Source: Octopus sinensis (taxonomy: Eukaryota). From it: a stretch of 64,000 bases of DNA. The translations under genes and the position numbers were made by a program. Of this stretch, positions 51,530-63,280 are shown in pieces (the first letter of the stretch is position 1; each line of letters starts with the position of its first letter). The notes beneath the pieces are model-generated. The model did no database searches. It was not told the origin of the DNA and saw only the letters and a list, made by a program, of their open reading frames with translations. The stretch is from assembly GCF_006345805.1 (NCBI RefSeq), contig NC_043002.1, positions 58,218,001 to 58,282,000 on the forward strand, in the 5' to 3' direction.

Positions 51530-53508
51530 TTTTTTTTCTTCTTTCAAATTTGCTTCCATTTCTTGCCGAGTGTCTTCCCGACTCCTAGGCAAAGAAACTC
51601 ATAGTATACATTGGTAGGCCATAAACCAATCTCAGTAGTTCGTTCATTTTTTTTTTTTTTCAATTTTTTTTTAAGTTAAATTAAAAATACATGAGCAGCA
51701 CAGTTCTCACATCGACAATGCTCTTCTCAATACGTGTGATGTACCAGTTAAGACAATCTTTTGCACTTCTTGCAGGGATGGTAGCCAGGGATCATTCTCA
51801 TATAATTTTCGGTTCCCTTCTTGATCATTCCTAGTGCTCCTACGATCACTGGTATTGTAACCGCCTTGAGATGCCACATTTTCTCAATTTCAATGAGTAG
51901 GTCTTTATTTTTCTGAGCTTGTCAACTCTTTCGCTGAGATATTATGATCACAGGGGATGCTCATGTCGATCAATAAGCAAACTTTATTGTTTTGGTCTTT
52001 CACAACAATATCTGGTTTATTGGCCTTGATGGTTCGGTCTGTATGTACTAGAAAGTCCCACAGAATGGTTACATTTTCTCCTTCAGTTACAGCCTCAGGG
52101 TGGGGATTATACCACTTGTCGGCAGTTTTGATATTGTAATGCCGACTTATTAGCCAGTGGAGATATTGGCCAACTCTGTCATGTCTTAATTTATACTCCA
52201 CTGGTGCTAAGACTTTACATCCAGAGATTAGGTGGTCCACTGTTTCAATCATGTCGTTGCAGAATCGGCATTTTGGGTCTGCTCCATTTTTCATCACATT
52301 GGCCTGGTAGTTCCGGGTTAATAGGCTTTGATCTTGAGCAGCCAGGATGAAACCTTTGCTCTCTGCTTTTAGCCCTGAGTTCCGTAGCCACTGATGGGTT
52401 TGCTTCTGGTCAACATCAGCTTGTTTGCTACGGGTCACATATTTGCCGTGCAGAGGTTTCTCCTCCCACCTATCAACCTATCGTGCGCTTTTTTCATTGC
52501 CATCATTTTCACCTTCTTTGCAACAATAGTTGCCGTACTTCCCTCGGGTTGTTCTGTTTGGGTATCCTGCACGAGATCAATAGCAAATGTTTTGCTTTCC
52601 TTATGATAGAATGAAGCTTCTTTCGTCTCTCGTGATTTTCCACGAGCTTTAGCATCCAGTCATTCGATATTTCGAGATATTTGGCCAGTCCAATTGTGGT
52701 TGTTTTGTAAGCTAGTTCAAATTGGATCAGGCCTCGACCTCCTTGGGCTCTGAGAAGGTAAAGGCGATCTACGTTTGCCTTTGGGTGGTGCATCCAATTA
52801 CAACTCAGCAGCTTGCGTATTTTCCTATCTATATTCTTTACTTCACTCATATTCCAGTTCAACACATTGTAGCTATAAGTAGTAACAACTGGAACTGCTA
52901 AGGAATTTATAGCTAACACCCTGTTACGTGCATTTAGTTCAGATTTCAGGACTGCACGAACTCTCCTATAACATTCCTTCCTGATTTCTCTTTCATGCTT
53001 GCATGCTGAATACCAGAGCCTTCATTATCCCTAAATATTTGTATGTTTGTTCTTGCTCAAGCTCTCTTATGACTGTGTCAACTCTCTAACACGACTGAAT
53101 TTGTGGTCTTCACTTTCCCTTTCTGGAAAGTGGCCTTGGCACACTTCTCAAGTCCAAACTCCATCCCGATGTCATCGCTGAATGCTTTCACGGTGCGCAA
53201 TAGGCCTTCAAGTTCATTATTGTCTTTACCATAAAGTTTTAAGTCAACCATATAAAATAGATGGCTTATTTTTTTATTGGCAATTTTATACCCATACCCT
53301 GTTCTGTTTAATTCACTTGTAAGGGGTATTAGGGCTATGCAGAATATTAAAGGTGAAAGTGAGTCACCTTGAAAAATTCCACAGTTGATGTTTATATTTT
53401 CTGAGGCAAGTACTCCATTAGAGTGATATAATTGGAGATTCGTATTCCACAACGACATATTGTGCTTCAGGAAGTTTGAAATCACAGGGGAAATTTTGAA
53501 GATGTCCA
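51530..53508 (-). mobile_element. R4/Dong-like lineage A, 5'-truncated in RT (~2.0 kb)
   Basis: ORFs 53078-53560 (GIFQGDSLSPLIFCIAL, HLFYMVDLKLY), 52509-52919 and 51905-52438 (CRFC..HLISGC, KPDIVVK). Visually near-identical to 44,150-46,048. (TTA)n at both junctions. Confidence 0.93.
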
Positions 53509-53534
53509 TTATTATTATTATTATTATTATCATA

Positions 53535-55020
53535 ATATATATATAAAAGAGAGGAGCCATGGTGGAGTTGCAATGTACATCCGAGATGACCTCACTCCCC
53601 AGGTCCTGTTGTCATATTCAAACTCAGTGTGTGACACCCAAATTGTACACATAAGACAACTGAATATCGTCATATGCACTACATATCGCCCACCAGATGC
53701 CCCAAATCACTCATGCATGTTTGAAGACTGCCTAACAAAAATAGAAGTCCTCACCAATCTTGAACAACACAACAGTGTATTCTTCATGGATGACTTTAAC
53801 TTCCCCAATGTGGAATGGCCTGGGGAACAGATGCTCTCAGGGATGACACATCATCAGCAGGCGCAGGCAGAGTCTCTGCTCCATCTCACAAATGCGTCTT
53901 TCACGGAGCAAATAGTTCTACAACCAACAAGGGCAGATAATATACTGGATCTCTGCTTCACAAACAATATGAATATTACCCATAATGTTAAAGTGATGCC
54001 GACAATGATCTCGGATCACAACATAATAGAGCTGTCTTTGTATGGACAAAAATCCCCCGTAGACACACAGCCTATACGAAGCATCCACCATCTCTCCAAC
54101 CTTAAACTTTCATAAAGCAAACTGGAATTGATTGAGAAAGAGATCCTCAAACAGGATTGGCCTAAATGTCTCTCCACACCGGACATTAACATGAAACACA
54201 AAACATTCATGTCCATAATACAAGCCATATGTGACAAATATGTCCCAGTGTGCAGGGCCAGCAACACAAAAAAAAAACAGGATCCCTAGAGAAAGGAAGA
54301 TTCTTATGAGATGAGACGACGGACAAGGATTGCGAACCGCCTGAGCAAGCACACCAAAAGTGGTGAGAAGTATCGGCTCGAGAGAATGCTAATGGAAATT
54401 GAGAAAAGTCTGCATCAGTCCCATGAAAGAGAGAGAGAGCAAATAAAGAAGCTTGGGTAATAGAAAATATAAAATCAAACCCTAAAGCTTTCTTTAAGTT
54501 TGCCAAAGAGACAGCCACAGTGCACCAGAAAATAGGACCTCTCTTCAAAAAGATGGCTCTCTCACAGAAATCCCACGAGGATAAGTGAATACTGAACGAA
54601 CAATTCCAAAGTGGTTCATTACACCTCTAGGACACAGGCAAGTAAACAACCCAGAAGAATTCTTTGCCACTTTACCTACGGCCAAAGAGGCAAAAAATTG
54701 AGTACATCAACATTGAAGATGCTGATATCACACTAGCCATAGATGAGATTGACACAAACTCAGCTGCTGGACCTGATGGATTTCCAGCGATTCTTCTCAA
54801 ATCGTGCAAACGAGCCCTTGCAAAATCGCTACAGCTTCTTTTTCAGAGCTTTCTTGCAAGTGGTAAGCTCCCAGTCAAATTGAAAGAAAGGGTAATATGC
54901 CCTATCCATAAGGGAGGTAGCAGAGTAGATGCTAAATATTATAGGCCTATCTCTCTGACCTCACACATCAGCAAAGTCATGGAACGAATAGTCTGCAAGA
55001 AGCTAATCATGTTCCTTGAG
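53535..55020 (+). mobile_element. CR1/L2-group LINE fragment: APE endonuclease and RT N-terminus, truncated at both ends, frameshifted
   Basis: HGGVAMYIR, YRPPD, (G)DFNFP..W, PTRADNILDLCFTN and SDHNII are APE motifs. AAGPDGFP..LLK, PIHKGG and YRPISLTSHISKVMERIV are RT N-terminal motifs. Confidence 0.88.
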
Positions 55021-55745
55021 TGAAAGGTGTGTTTCTGCCTGTGCATGCACCTATAGGATTTTTCAATCATTGTATAATTAAAGGGAATTTGGCGAACAAT
55101 ATATGGAAAAGTTCGGAATTACAGACGCCACAAAAATTTTCTGCCCTTATCAAACGGAAAGGATACGGACATATGGACCATTCCAGCTTGAAAGTTGTAT
55201 TGCTGTCCTTAAGACGCCAAATTAATTTACTTAGTCCTGTGCTTTGTGGTTTTCTCTTATCTCGGAACGTTGAATAATGATTGGAGATCCTCTGGGCTAA
55301 TTTAGAAGTAGTTGCCCCAATGTAGAAGACATCGGTACACACATAGACACTCAATCACAAAAGAAAACAACAACAAATCACCATTCATATGACTTGCACC
55401 CTGTCACCTTCCTATTCTTAGACCTCTCTCCTCCAACCTAGTTTGAACCCTTGAGCTCTCCAGAATCTTCTAAATTCAACCATTTTTGACGTCACTACTT
55501 ATAACGGAATATTTTAAAGAAACACTCATTATCGCTATGGGCTCCGTGTGGGCAGTCATCTAAGAGCTTTTGTTCATCTTGATGCTGACATAAGTTCCTT
55601 GTTTTCCTGATGAGAAGGCGGCATAATGCACCCCTTATTCCTTCGAAATAGGAACATGCAGCCTTCGAAACATATCGAGAATAAAGGAATTTTGTTAAAT
55701 CGTCGTTCAACTCCATTCTTTCATTTATTTGTATTTAAAAAAACA
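55021..55745. mobile_element. Penelope-like element remnant: GIY-YIG C-terminal half on - strand (55,021-55,375) joined to 3' UTR with hammerhead on + strand (55,380-55,745)
   Basis: ORF 55067-55354 reads DVFYIGATTSKLAQRISNHYSTFR..STGLSKLIWRLKD..FKLEWSI...CGVCNSE. The + strand part resembles the 3' UTR of the 57.4-58.4 kb element. Confidence 0.75.
55595..55689 (+). ncRNA. Type I hammerhead ribozyme (Penelope-type), stem III degenerate
   Basis: Stem I TTCCTTGTTTTC/GAGAATAAAGGAA; core CTGATGA at 55,607-55,613; stem II GAAGGC/GCCTTC; GAAA at 55,667; then CATATC, probably ACATATGTC with GT missing. Confidence 0.7.
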
Positions 55746-55874
55746 CAAATTTCCACACGAAAGCACGTGATCTCTGCCCTTGGCATGTAGCTTCAACCGT
55801 GTTTTTCTGACGTGAATTTGCTGCCCAGGTATCGGTTAACCGAATTATCCATACTAAGATAATTCATTCAACTA

Positions 55875-55945
<71 letters not shown>

Positions 55946-56155
55946 AAGTACATGTTTATACACGCAAAGTTAATCTATCTCTATGACGTAAGATATTAAA
56001 ATTCCCTTTCCTTCGCCTTATCTCAGTGATCGACGTTCGTTATTTCTATTGTTGATTTCTGCATATCTTATGCTTGAATAGCTGCACATTAACTGCTTTC
56101 TCTCCTTTCATCTCTTAACATGAATGCAGTGAAGTAGATAACATGTCCGGACAAA

Positions 56156-56390
56156 GCTTGTGTGGTGAAGAAGCTCCCTTTGCATCCGCATGGTTTTAGC
56201 TTCAGTCCCACAACATGGCACCATATGGCAAGTGCCTTCGGTTATATTTCCAGGCCACCCTAAGCCTTGTGAGTGAATTTATTAATAGTACAGAGAAACT
56301 GTGTGGAAGCCTATCTTTTTACATCTATCTTGCAATACACGCATACATATATATAATAAGGCGCTTAAAGAGAATGACTCTCCTCAGACA
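56156..56390 (+). mobile_element. tRNA-derived CORE-type SINE, old and diverged
   Basis: TGTGTGGTGAAGAAG..GGTTTTAGCTTCAGTCCCACAACATGGCACCATATGGCAAGTGCCTTC..AAGCCTTGTGAGTGAATTT resembles the Octopus CORE-SINE consensus (GGTTCAGTCCCACTGCGTGGCACCTTGGGCAAGTG), recalled rather than searched. Confidence 0.65.
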
Positions 56391-56596
56391 CAATATATAT
56401 GTATGTGTGTGTGTGTTTATATTTGTGTGTGTGTTTGTGTTTGTGTGTGTGTGTATTTGTGTTGTCCGTGTATATAAGTATATATATATATATACATATA
56501 TGTATATTTAATTATATATATACACATTTATACATGCATATATATATGTATATATGTATATATATCTATATATATATATATATATATATATACAAG

Positions 56597-56629
<33 letters not shown>

Positions 56630-57160
56630 TGTGTATATATATATCCATATGTATATATGTATATATACATTATATATAGGTAGTGGGTAGCGATTTCCTC
56701 TACTACTTCAGGAATTGACGACCCTGCCAGACACGAATCCCGGGCTCAGCTGGCTCCGGCTGACAGCACCCGGTATGGGCCCCACCCAGTGTTACGGAAA
56801 GGAGACACCTTCAAAGAAATCCGGAGTGGAGACCTGTAGGCGGTTTAGTATTCGACTCGACACTCTTCGATTCGATACAAACGTAATGCTCTGCACTACT
56901 TTGAACTACGTCAGCAAGGTCGAGAGAGGAATAGACGATTGGGCTACCCAGGATTTTCTTACATCTAACTCAGGCCTGCGCAAAACTGGAGAGGAAACTG
57001 GAGAGGACACTTCAATGCTGTTGTTGTAAAAAGTGCAGAAAAACAATGGTTGGGGGTAGCAGCAGGAGATGTAAATGACATGAAATGTAAAACCCAGACT
57101 TTTTTATGCTCATCTCATTGTCTCCCGAGACAAAAGGATGCCAACAACAACATATATATA

Positions 57161-57212
<52 letters not shown>

Positions 57213-57356
57213 TATGGGTGTGTATATATATATATATATATATAATATATATATATCATATATATATATATATAATATATGTATATATACATGTATATAT
57301 ATGCATATATATATATATATATAATATATATATATGTATATATATGCATATATATA

Positions 57357-57387
<31 letters not shown>

Positions 57388-57424
57388 CGTCTATATACAT
57401 ATTGGTTATATATGTATATATGGA

Positions 57425-58441
57425 TAAATAAATAGAGTTAAACGCAGGTGTTATTCAATTTCTTTTACTTCCGACATATGTTTCGAAGATAACATTGGTA
57501 TTATTCTAGAAAGAATAAAATGGTGTGAAACAATGCAATCTTCTCATGAGGAAAGAAAGAAACCAAACCCACCAATAAGACATTTCAACCAGGATGAGAT
57601 GACTCTGTATATAATGAAGGGAACGCTATAAAGTTGGGTTTTTTTTAAAGAACTGTTAATAGATATAACGTCAAAGGTAGTTTATAGAAAAAGAAGGAGG
57701 CGAAAGGAAGGAAAAGAAATAGCAGTAAACTAATAGTGAAGGATTTAGAGCGATAGGTGAATTAGAATAAATTTAAAGGCAAGGGAGTAGATATACTTAG
57801 TGGTAGTGAAATGTAAGAAGACTGTCAAAGGTCGAATTTTATAGAATGGTAGAAATCACTTATAGGAACTAAAGGTATATTTCTGCTAATGTTTGCAGTG
57901 ATTAAACGCATTCTATAAAACGTCTTTACAAGGAGATTCTTTGAGCATAGGATAAAAAAAACATTTCACTATTACAAAGCGAAACAAAAAGATTTACCTT
58001 TGTCATACAGTAAGAAATAGAGAGAATGTTCCATTCCAAATCAAATTATTTATCATGCTCTTTTAGATACCAGATTAATTTACTAAGCCCAGTATTATTA
58101 CGTTTATTGATATGCCTAAATGTAGAGTAATGATTAGATATTCTTTTAATTAACTGAGATTAACAACAACCTATATAAAAAAAAGACGTCAGACCCAGAA
58201 GTATTTTTACATTAATAAAGAGTGTTTCTAGTTTTAGAATTACTGTTAAAAAAAAACGAATGCAATTGGAGTCGACTTCAGAAATAATAACCCTGTTGTT
58301 ATTATTATTTGAAGAATGGTTAGTGTTAACAAAAAAGATGTTAGCATTTTCATTAAGTGGATTTGTATTTAACAACTTATTGTTATATGAAGAGATGATC
58401 TGTGAAAGATTTTTTGTGTTAGAAAAACCTATCCTAATTCG

Positions 58442-58445
<4 letters not shown>
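57425..58445 (-). mobile_element. Penelope-like element remnant (linker, GIY-YIG, 3' UTR with hammerhead)
   Basis: Minus strand reads RIGFSNTKNLSQIISSYNNKLL and, after frameshift or stops, VFFYIGCC*SQLIKRISNHYSTFRHINKRNNTGLSKLIWYLKE...DLEWNI...LCNSE. Homologous to the 55 kb fragment. Confidence 0.8.
57461..57560 (-). ncRNA. Type I hammerhead ribozyme (Penelope-type) with core mutation CUGAUGA to CUCAUGA
   Basis: Minus strand: TCTTTCTTTC-CTCATGA-GAAGAT...ATCTTC-GAAACATATGTC-GGAAG. Palindromic stem III ACATATGT; GUC cleavage triplet at + strand 57,473-57,475. Confidence 0.75.
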
Positions 58446-58537
<92 letters not shown>

Positions 58538-58568
58538 ATACATACAAATCTCTATATATACATCTATA

Positions 58569-59845
58569 TGCGAAGGGTGTATGAAACGTTTTAAGCCTAA
58601 CTTGGAAACATGGCTGCTAGGTATCTGAAACATTTTTTCTGGTACGTACAGTCTTTCGGAGTATTCTTGTTCATTTTCTTGATTATGTTATTTTAATCTT
58701 TTTGTTTCAGATTTTTGAATAAACAAGTCTCGAGGTTACAAGGAAAATGGACAAAACTGAGTATCGCGCTGTCAAAAAGTACCTCGATTTGAAAGGCATG
58801 ACTCCATCAGAAATTCATGAAGATATGTTGAGAACCTTAACAGACAATTCTCCTTCATATGCAACAGTCAAACGCTGGGTAAATGAATTCCAGCGTGGCA
58901 GGGGAATGTGGAAGATGATTCCACACCTGAGAGACCTCCAACTGCAACCACAGAGGACAAGATTGACCTTACTCTTGGTATGATAATGCAAGATCGTCGA
59001 ATAGCTGAGATACTGGGTATCTAAACTGAAAGAGCAGACAACATTGTGACAAAAGAACTTGGGGTCTCAAAGGTTTCTGCAAGGTGGGTCCCTCGCCTTT
59101 TGACTCCTGTACAGAAACGCACCAGGCGCACTTTGTCCACAAGCAATCTGCAACTGTTTGAAGTCGATGAAGAGAATTTTCTTGCTCGTTTCATTACTAT
59201 GGACGAAAGTTAGGTTCATCACTACCAGCCTGACGCCAAAGAACAATCAAAGCAGTGGAAATACACATCTTCTCCTCCCTTAAAGAAGGCCAGTCATTCC
59301 TTCAGCTGGCAAGGTCACGGTGTGTGTTTTCGGGAATTCTCAAGGTGTCTTGCTGATCGATTACCTTGAAAAGGGTCACACCGTGGCAGGGCTGTATTAT
59401 TCTCAGCTACTGAAACGCCTCTGAGAAGCAATCAAAGAAAAATGACCGGGAATGCTCACCAGAGGAGTCCTTTTTCATCACGACAATGCTCCAGCCAAAA
59501 TCTCAGTGGTTGCCATGGCAACAATTCGTGATTGTGATATGAACATACCCCCCCCCCCATCCGCCTTATTCGTCAGACTTAGCCCCCTCTGACTTCATCT
59601 ATTCCCCAAAATGAAAAAAGCCCTGGCTGGTCACCATTTTGCCAGTGACAATGACGTCATAGATGCTGTAGGAAATTTCTTGGAGTCTCCAACAAAGAGT
59701 TCCTCTACGCTGGGATAATGGCGCTTCAGTACCGCTGGACAAAGTGTTCAGCCATCGAGGGGGACTATGTTGAAAAATAAATCATTAGAAGTCTTGTACT
59801 ATGTTTTGTTTCTTTGAGGCTCAAGACTTTTCATACACCTCTAGT
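58569..59845 (+). mobile_element. mariner DNA transposon (DD34D), pseudogenised transposase, irritans-like
   Basis: ATG at 58,747: MDKTEYRAVKKYLDLKGMTPSEIHEDM..PSYATVKRWVNEF. Later motifs WVPRLL, FITMDES*, FHHDNAP, PPYSSDLAPSDF and GDYVEK* (stop 59,778-59,780). Imperfect TIRs GGTGTATGAAACGTTTTAAGCCT / AGGCTCAAGACTTTTCATACACC. Confidence 0.92.
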
Positions 59846-59848
59846 GTA

Positions 59849-61122
59849 TATCAGGTCATCCTTTAAGTTCTGTCCGAATTTTGAATAAAGAAAACAAATG
59901 ATCAAATGTTATATTTAATTGAAATGTAATCATCAATGTACTTTTTCTGTTTATTCATGACTTCCATCTATTTACACCTTTTTAATCCCATCAATGTAAA
60001 ACTCTTTTGGTTTCAAAGCGAAGAACTCTGAAATGTCAGTTTCGACCTCCTGGCTTGCAAAAGTTATGTCCCCCAAATGATTCCGTAAACTACGAAACAA
60101 ATGGTAGTCTGAAGGAGCAAGGTCAGGAGAATAAGGTGGATGAGAAATTTTTTCTCAACCAAACTCTTCGATCTTCTGTGATGTGATCTTTGCAATATGG
60201 GGTCACGCATTGTCCTGATGAAACATCACTCCTTTTCGATTCACTAAAGCGGGTCATTTTTCTTCAAAGCTTGGTTCAAACGCTCTCATTGCTGACAGTA
60301 GACTTGAGCATTGATTGTTGCATTAGGTGTTACCAATTCAAAGGGAATTACTCCTTTGCAATCCCACCAGATAGAGAGAACCTTTTTCCCATGAAGTTCC
60401 CTTCTCGGTTGTGGTTGAGCTTTTTCCCTTTTACCAAGCCACTGTTTACGACGTTTAACATTTCGATTAGAAGATCCATTTTTCGTCCCCATTCACAAGT
60501 CTATCCAAAATGGGTGAACTGAGTTCGCGAGAATGGAGAGAAGATCAGATGTCAAGTCTGGATTTGCGGTTGCTTTCGGACAATTCATGAGGCATATATT
60601 TTCCAAGTTTAGGAACCTTTCCTAGTTCTTGAAGATGACGATAAACAGTTGTATGGTTTGAACTAAGCTTTATTGTCAATTCTGCAACTGATACTGCAGG
60701 ATTTTCTTCAAGTATTACCTCTAGGAGCTTATCATCAAACTCAACTTGACGTCCTGTTCGATCTTCATCATCAAGGCTAAAAATTCCACTTCTGAATTTT
60801 GCAAACCATCTTCTGCAAGTTTTTCATTCAAGCATTCTTTCCTATAAACTCAGTGTATGTTTCAAGTCACTTCAGCTGCAGAGTTTCCTTTTTCTTTTAT
60901 TCATAAAACTTTATGTGCCTTAAATGCGCTTTGGATACTTCCATGTTAGAAAGGGTTTTAATCAAAGAAATCTTAATTCTATTATTGTGTACATTAATAT
61001 TTAATTAGTTTAAATGTACACTAATGCATAAAAATAATTTTTAATTCCATTAGATATTCTAAAATACTATTAAATTTCATTAAAAAGGTAAAATCGGACA
61101 GAAATTATGGGATGACATGATA
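59849..61122 (-). mobile_element. mariner DNA transposon (DD34D), pseudogenised transposase, different subfamily (mellifera/cecropia-like)
   Basis: ATG at 60,944 on - strand: MEVSKAHLRH. Later motifs VNGDEKW, LHGKKVLSIWWDCKGV and HPPYSPDLAPSDYHLFRSL. TIRs TATCAGGTCATCCTTTAAGTTCTGTCCGA / TCGGACAGAAATTATGGGATGACATGATA. Confidence 0.92.
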
Positions 61123-61234
61123 CATAGATACATTTACATCTATTCAACTACATCTTTTTTTTTCTAGTTTCAGCTCAGAGCTGCGGCCATGCTGATGCAC
61201 CGCCGTTTTGTGCTACACTGTTATTGCGACGAAC

Positions 61235-61520
61235 CTCGTCTAATATGTGGCACTTGGTGAAGAATGGAGTTTGATACAGCTACTCTCATTTGCACCTCTT
61301 GCCGTGAGGTAGATTCATCTGGGACTCTTGACAGTAAGATGTCCAGCTTTGATTTAAAATCGCGACATCTACTTTGTTCAAGTTCCTCAGACTCTTTGGG
61401 AGAATATTAAAACGCTGTGGGCCCTTGAAACCCAGGCTGTTGCAGAAACTGGTCCTGAAGCGTGATGGCATTGGTGGGATCTTTGGCATTATGCAGTGTC
61501 GTCCCGTTCTAGCATTGGTG
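61235..61520 (-). mobile_element. CR1-like LINE 3' end fragment
   Basis: NARTGRHCIMPKIP...FCNSLGFKGPQRFNILPKSLRN..VDV, with frameshifted FKSKLDILLSRVPDEP, is typical of CR1 ORF2 C-termini. Confidence 0.75.
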
Positions 61521-61557
61521 TAGCTTACATCTATACATATAAAATTATAAATATAGA

Positions 61558-61652
<95 letters not shown>

Positions 61653-61724
61653 TCACATGTATGTGTGTGTTCACATGTATGTGTGTGCACATATATGCAT
61701 GTATACTTATTTATATATATATAT

Positions 61725-61773
<49 letters not shown>

Positions 61774-62130
61774 TAAATATATATATACATAAATATACAT
61801 ATTTATACAAAAATATATATTCATATATGTATATACATATATATATATACACACATATATATACGCATATATATGCACATATATATACATATTTATATAT
61901 GCATATATACACGTATGTATATACTTATCTACATATAGATATATATATATACATGTATGCATATCTATCTATTTATCCATATAGATCTATGTATAAACAT
62001 ATATATATACATATATACATATATGTGAAGATGTATATACTTATATACATGCATATATATAAATGTATATATATATATATACATATATACATAGTATATG
62101 TGTTTGTGTCTGTGTATGCATGTATATATG
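61558..62130. repeat. Compound (CT)n-(TA)n-(GT)n microsatellite and TA/CA-rich low-complexity tract; similar tracts at 40,070-40,152, 55,878-55,942, 56,480-56,660, 57,155-57,420, 58,445-58,560
   Basis: Directly visible dinucleotide repeats. Confidence 0.95.
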
Positions 62131-62251
62131 TAAGTGTGATAATAGTTCTACTTTTAATAGTTTCAGTATTAATAGTGAAAGTATTATCTCACATTACAAT
62201 AGAGATTTTATTGCTTCACATTTGACACGTAATACTGAAATAGTGTAAGAT

Positions 62252-62451
62252 ATAAGAGATAGCCCCGGGCTTGCATGAGGCAAGAATTTGCGAATTTTGT
62301 TTGCCCATGATACTACATGGACCCTAAGTTAGGCATGTGTAACATTTAAATGAAATCGGTTGGGTAGTTCTCGATTTGCAGTGATGCACACTAACAGACA
62401 CACTGACAGACAGACAGGCACACATTCTCAGTTTTATATATATATATATGA
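62252..62451 (-). mobile_element. Short non-autonomous Helitron-like element, degenerate 3' end
   Basis: Minus strand A|TCATATATATATATAAAACTGAG..TGTCTGTCTGTC..CAACCGATTTC..ACAC has the same layout as 63,281 onward. Ends GCCCGGGGCTAT, a collapsed hairpin with no CTAG. Confidence 0.6.
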
Positions 62452-63280
62452 TCCGAGGATCAAGGTGTAGGAAGAAAGTTAGCTTCGAGCAAATCCGTGG
62501 TGAATATAAAAAAAAAACAATAATGGTTCATTCAGACGGAATATTGCGGATTATTTTTTATTATGGAAGAACGATGAACTTAGAGGTGTTTTTTATATTC
62601 CTCGGTAGGCACTAGGGTTGCCGAATGTACGAATATAGTGCTATACAAGAGTTACGGAATGGAGTATGGGAACTCCGAGCTACATACGGGCTAAGCCCGG
62701 ATGCCTCTCCCATTCTGCACACAACCACCCTTCGCCCCTTTTTTTTTCATTCCAGTGGCTGTAAGTATCCTCTGTACCGACTGGAGAGGGAAACCCCTGC
62801 AGCCAACCTCGACTAGAAAAAAGCCATAACTACCATCCCTCCTCTCTGCAATACTGCAGAATACTCTCATATTTAACTCGATTCAATTCGTGGGCCTGAC
62901 CGTACTCTTCTTCCCACAGGATTAAAAGCTCAATCAAGATAATTTTCCTGATCTTTTCAGACCACCGAACTACATCTGGTCTCAAGGTTGTAGGGACAGC
63001 CTGGGGAAATTGCAGTCTCTACCCTATGTCCGCTTTCATATTTCATGATTGGGATCCATTTAGTAAGCTATTTGTCGTTTTTGCTGTCCTCACTGGCTTC
63101 TCTCCATCTTTCACGAACTTGTTTTCCCCTATATATAACTTGTTTTCCCTTATATATATATAACCCTAACCCTAGTATATATATACGTACATATATATAT
63201 ATATATATAAATATATATACATACATATGTATATGTACTTGGAAATGGATGCGTGGCGTTCGATAATATAATAATATAAA

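Noticed and set aside
56680-57140. GC-richer island with 104-aa ORF (56,715-57,029) and a 12-bp tandem AAACTGGAGAGG
   Set aside because: It vaguely resembles an RTE-type 5' UTR or endonuclease start, but I could not confirm any diagnostic motif. Left unannotated.
56399-62248. YI/IY-repeat ORFs
   Set aside because: They are translations of (TA)n/(CA)n tracts.
62600-63060. Possible exon (CCCACAG|...CAAG|GT at ~62,920-62,987) and 63-aa ORF
   Set aside because: The donor site is weak, there is no recognisable protein similarity, and the region lies between repeats.
63161-63175. TAACCCTAACCCTA telomere-like motif
   Set aside because: Only two units; expected by chance.
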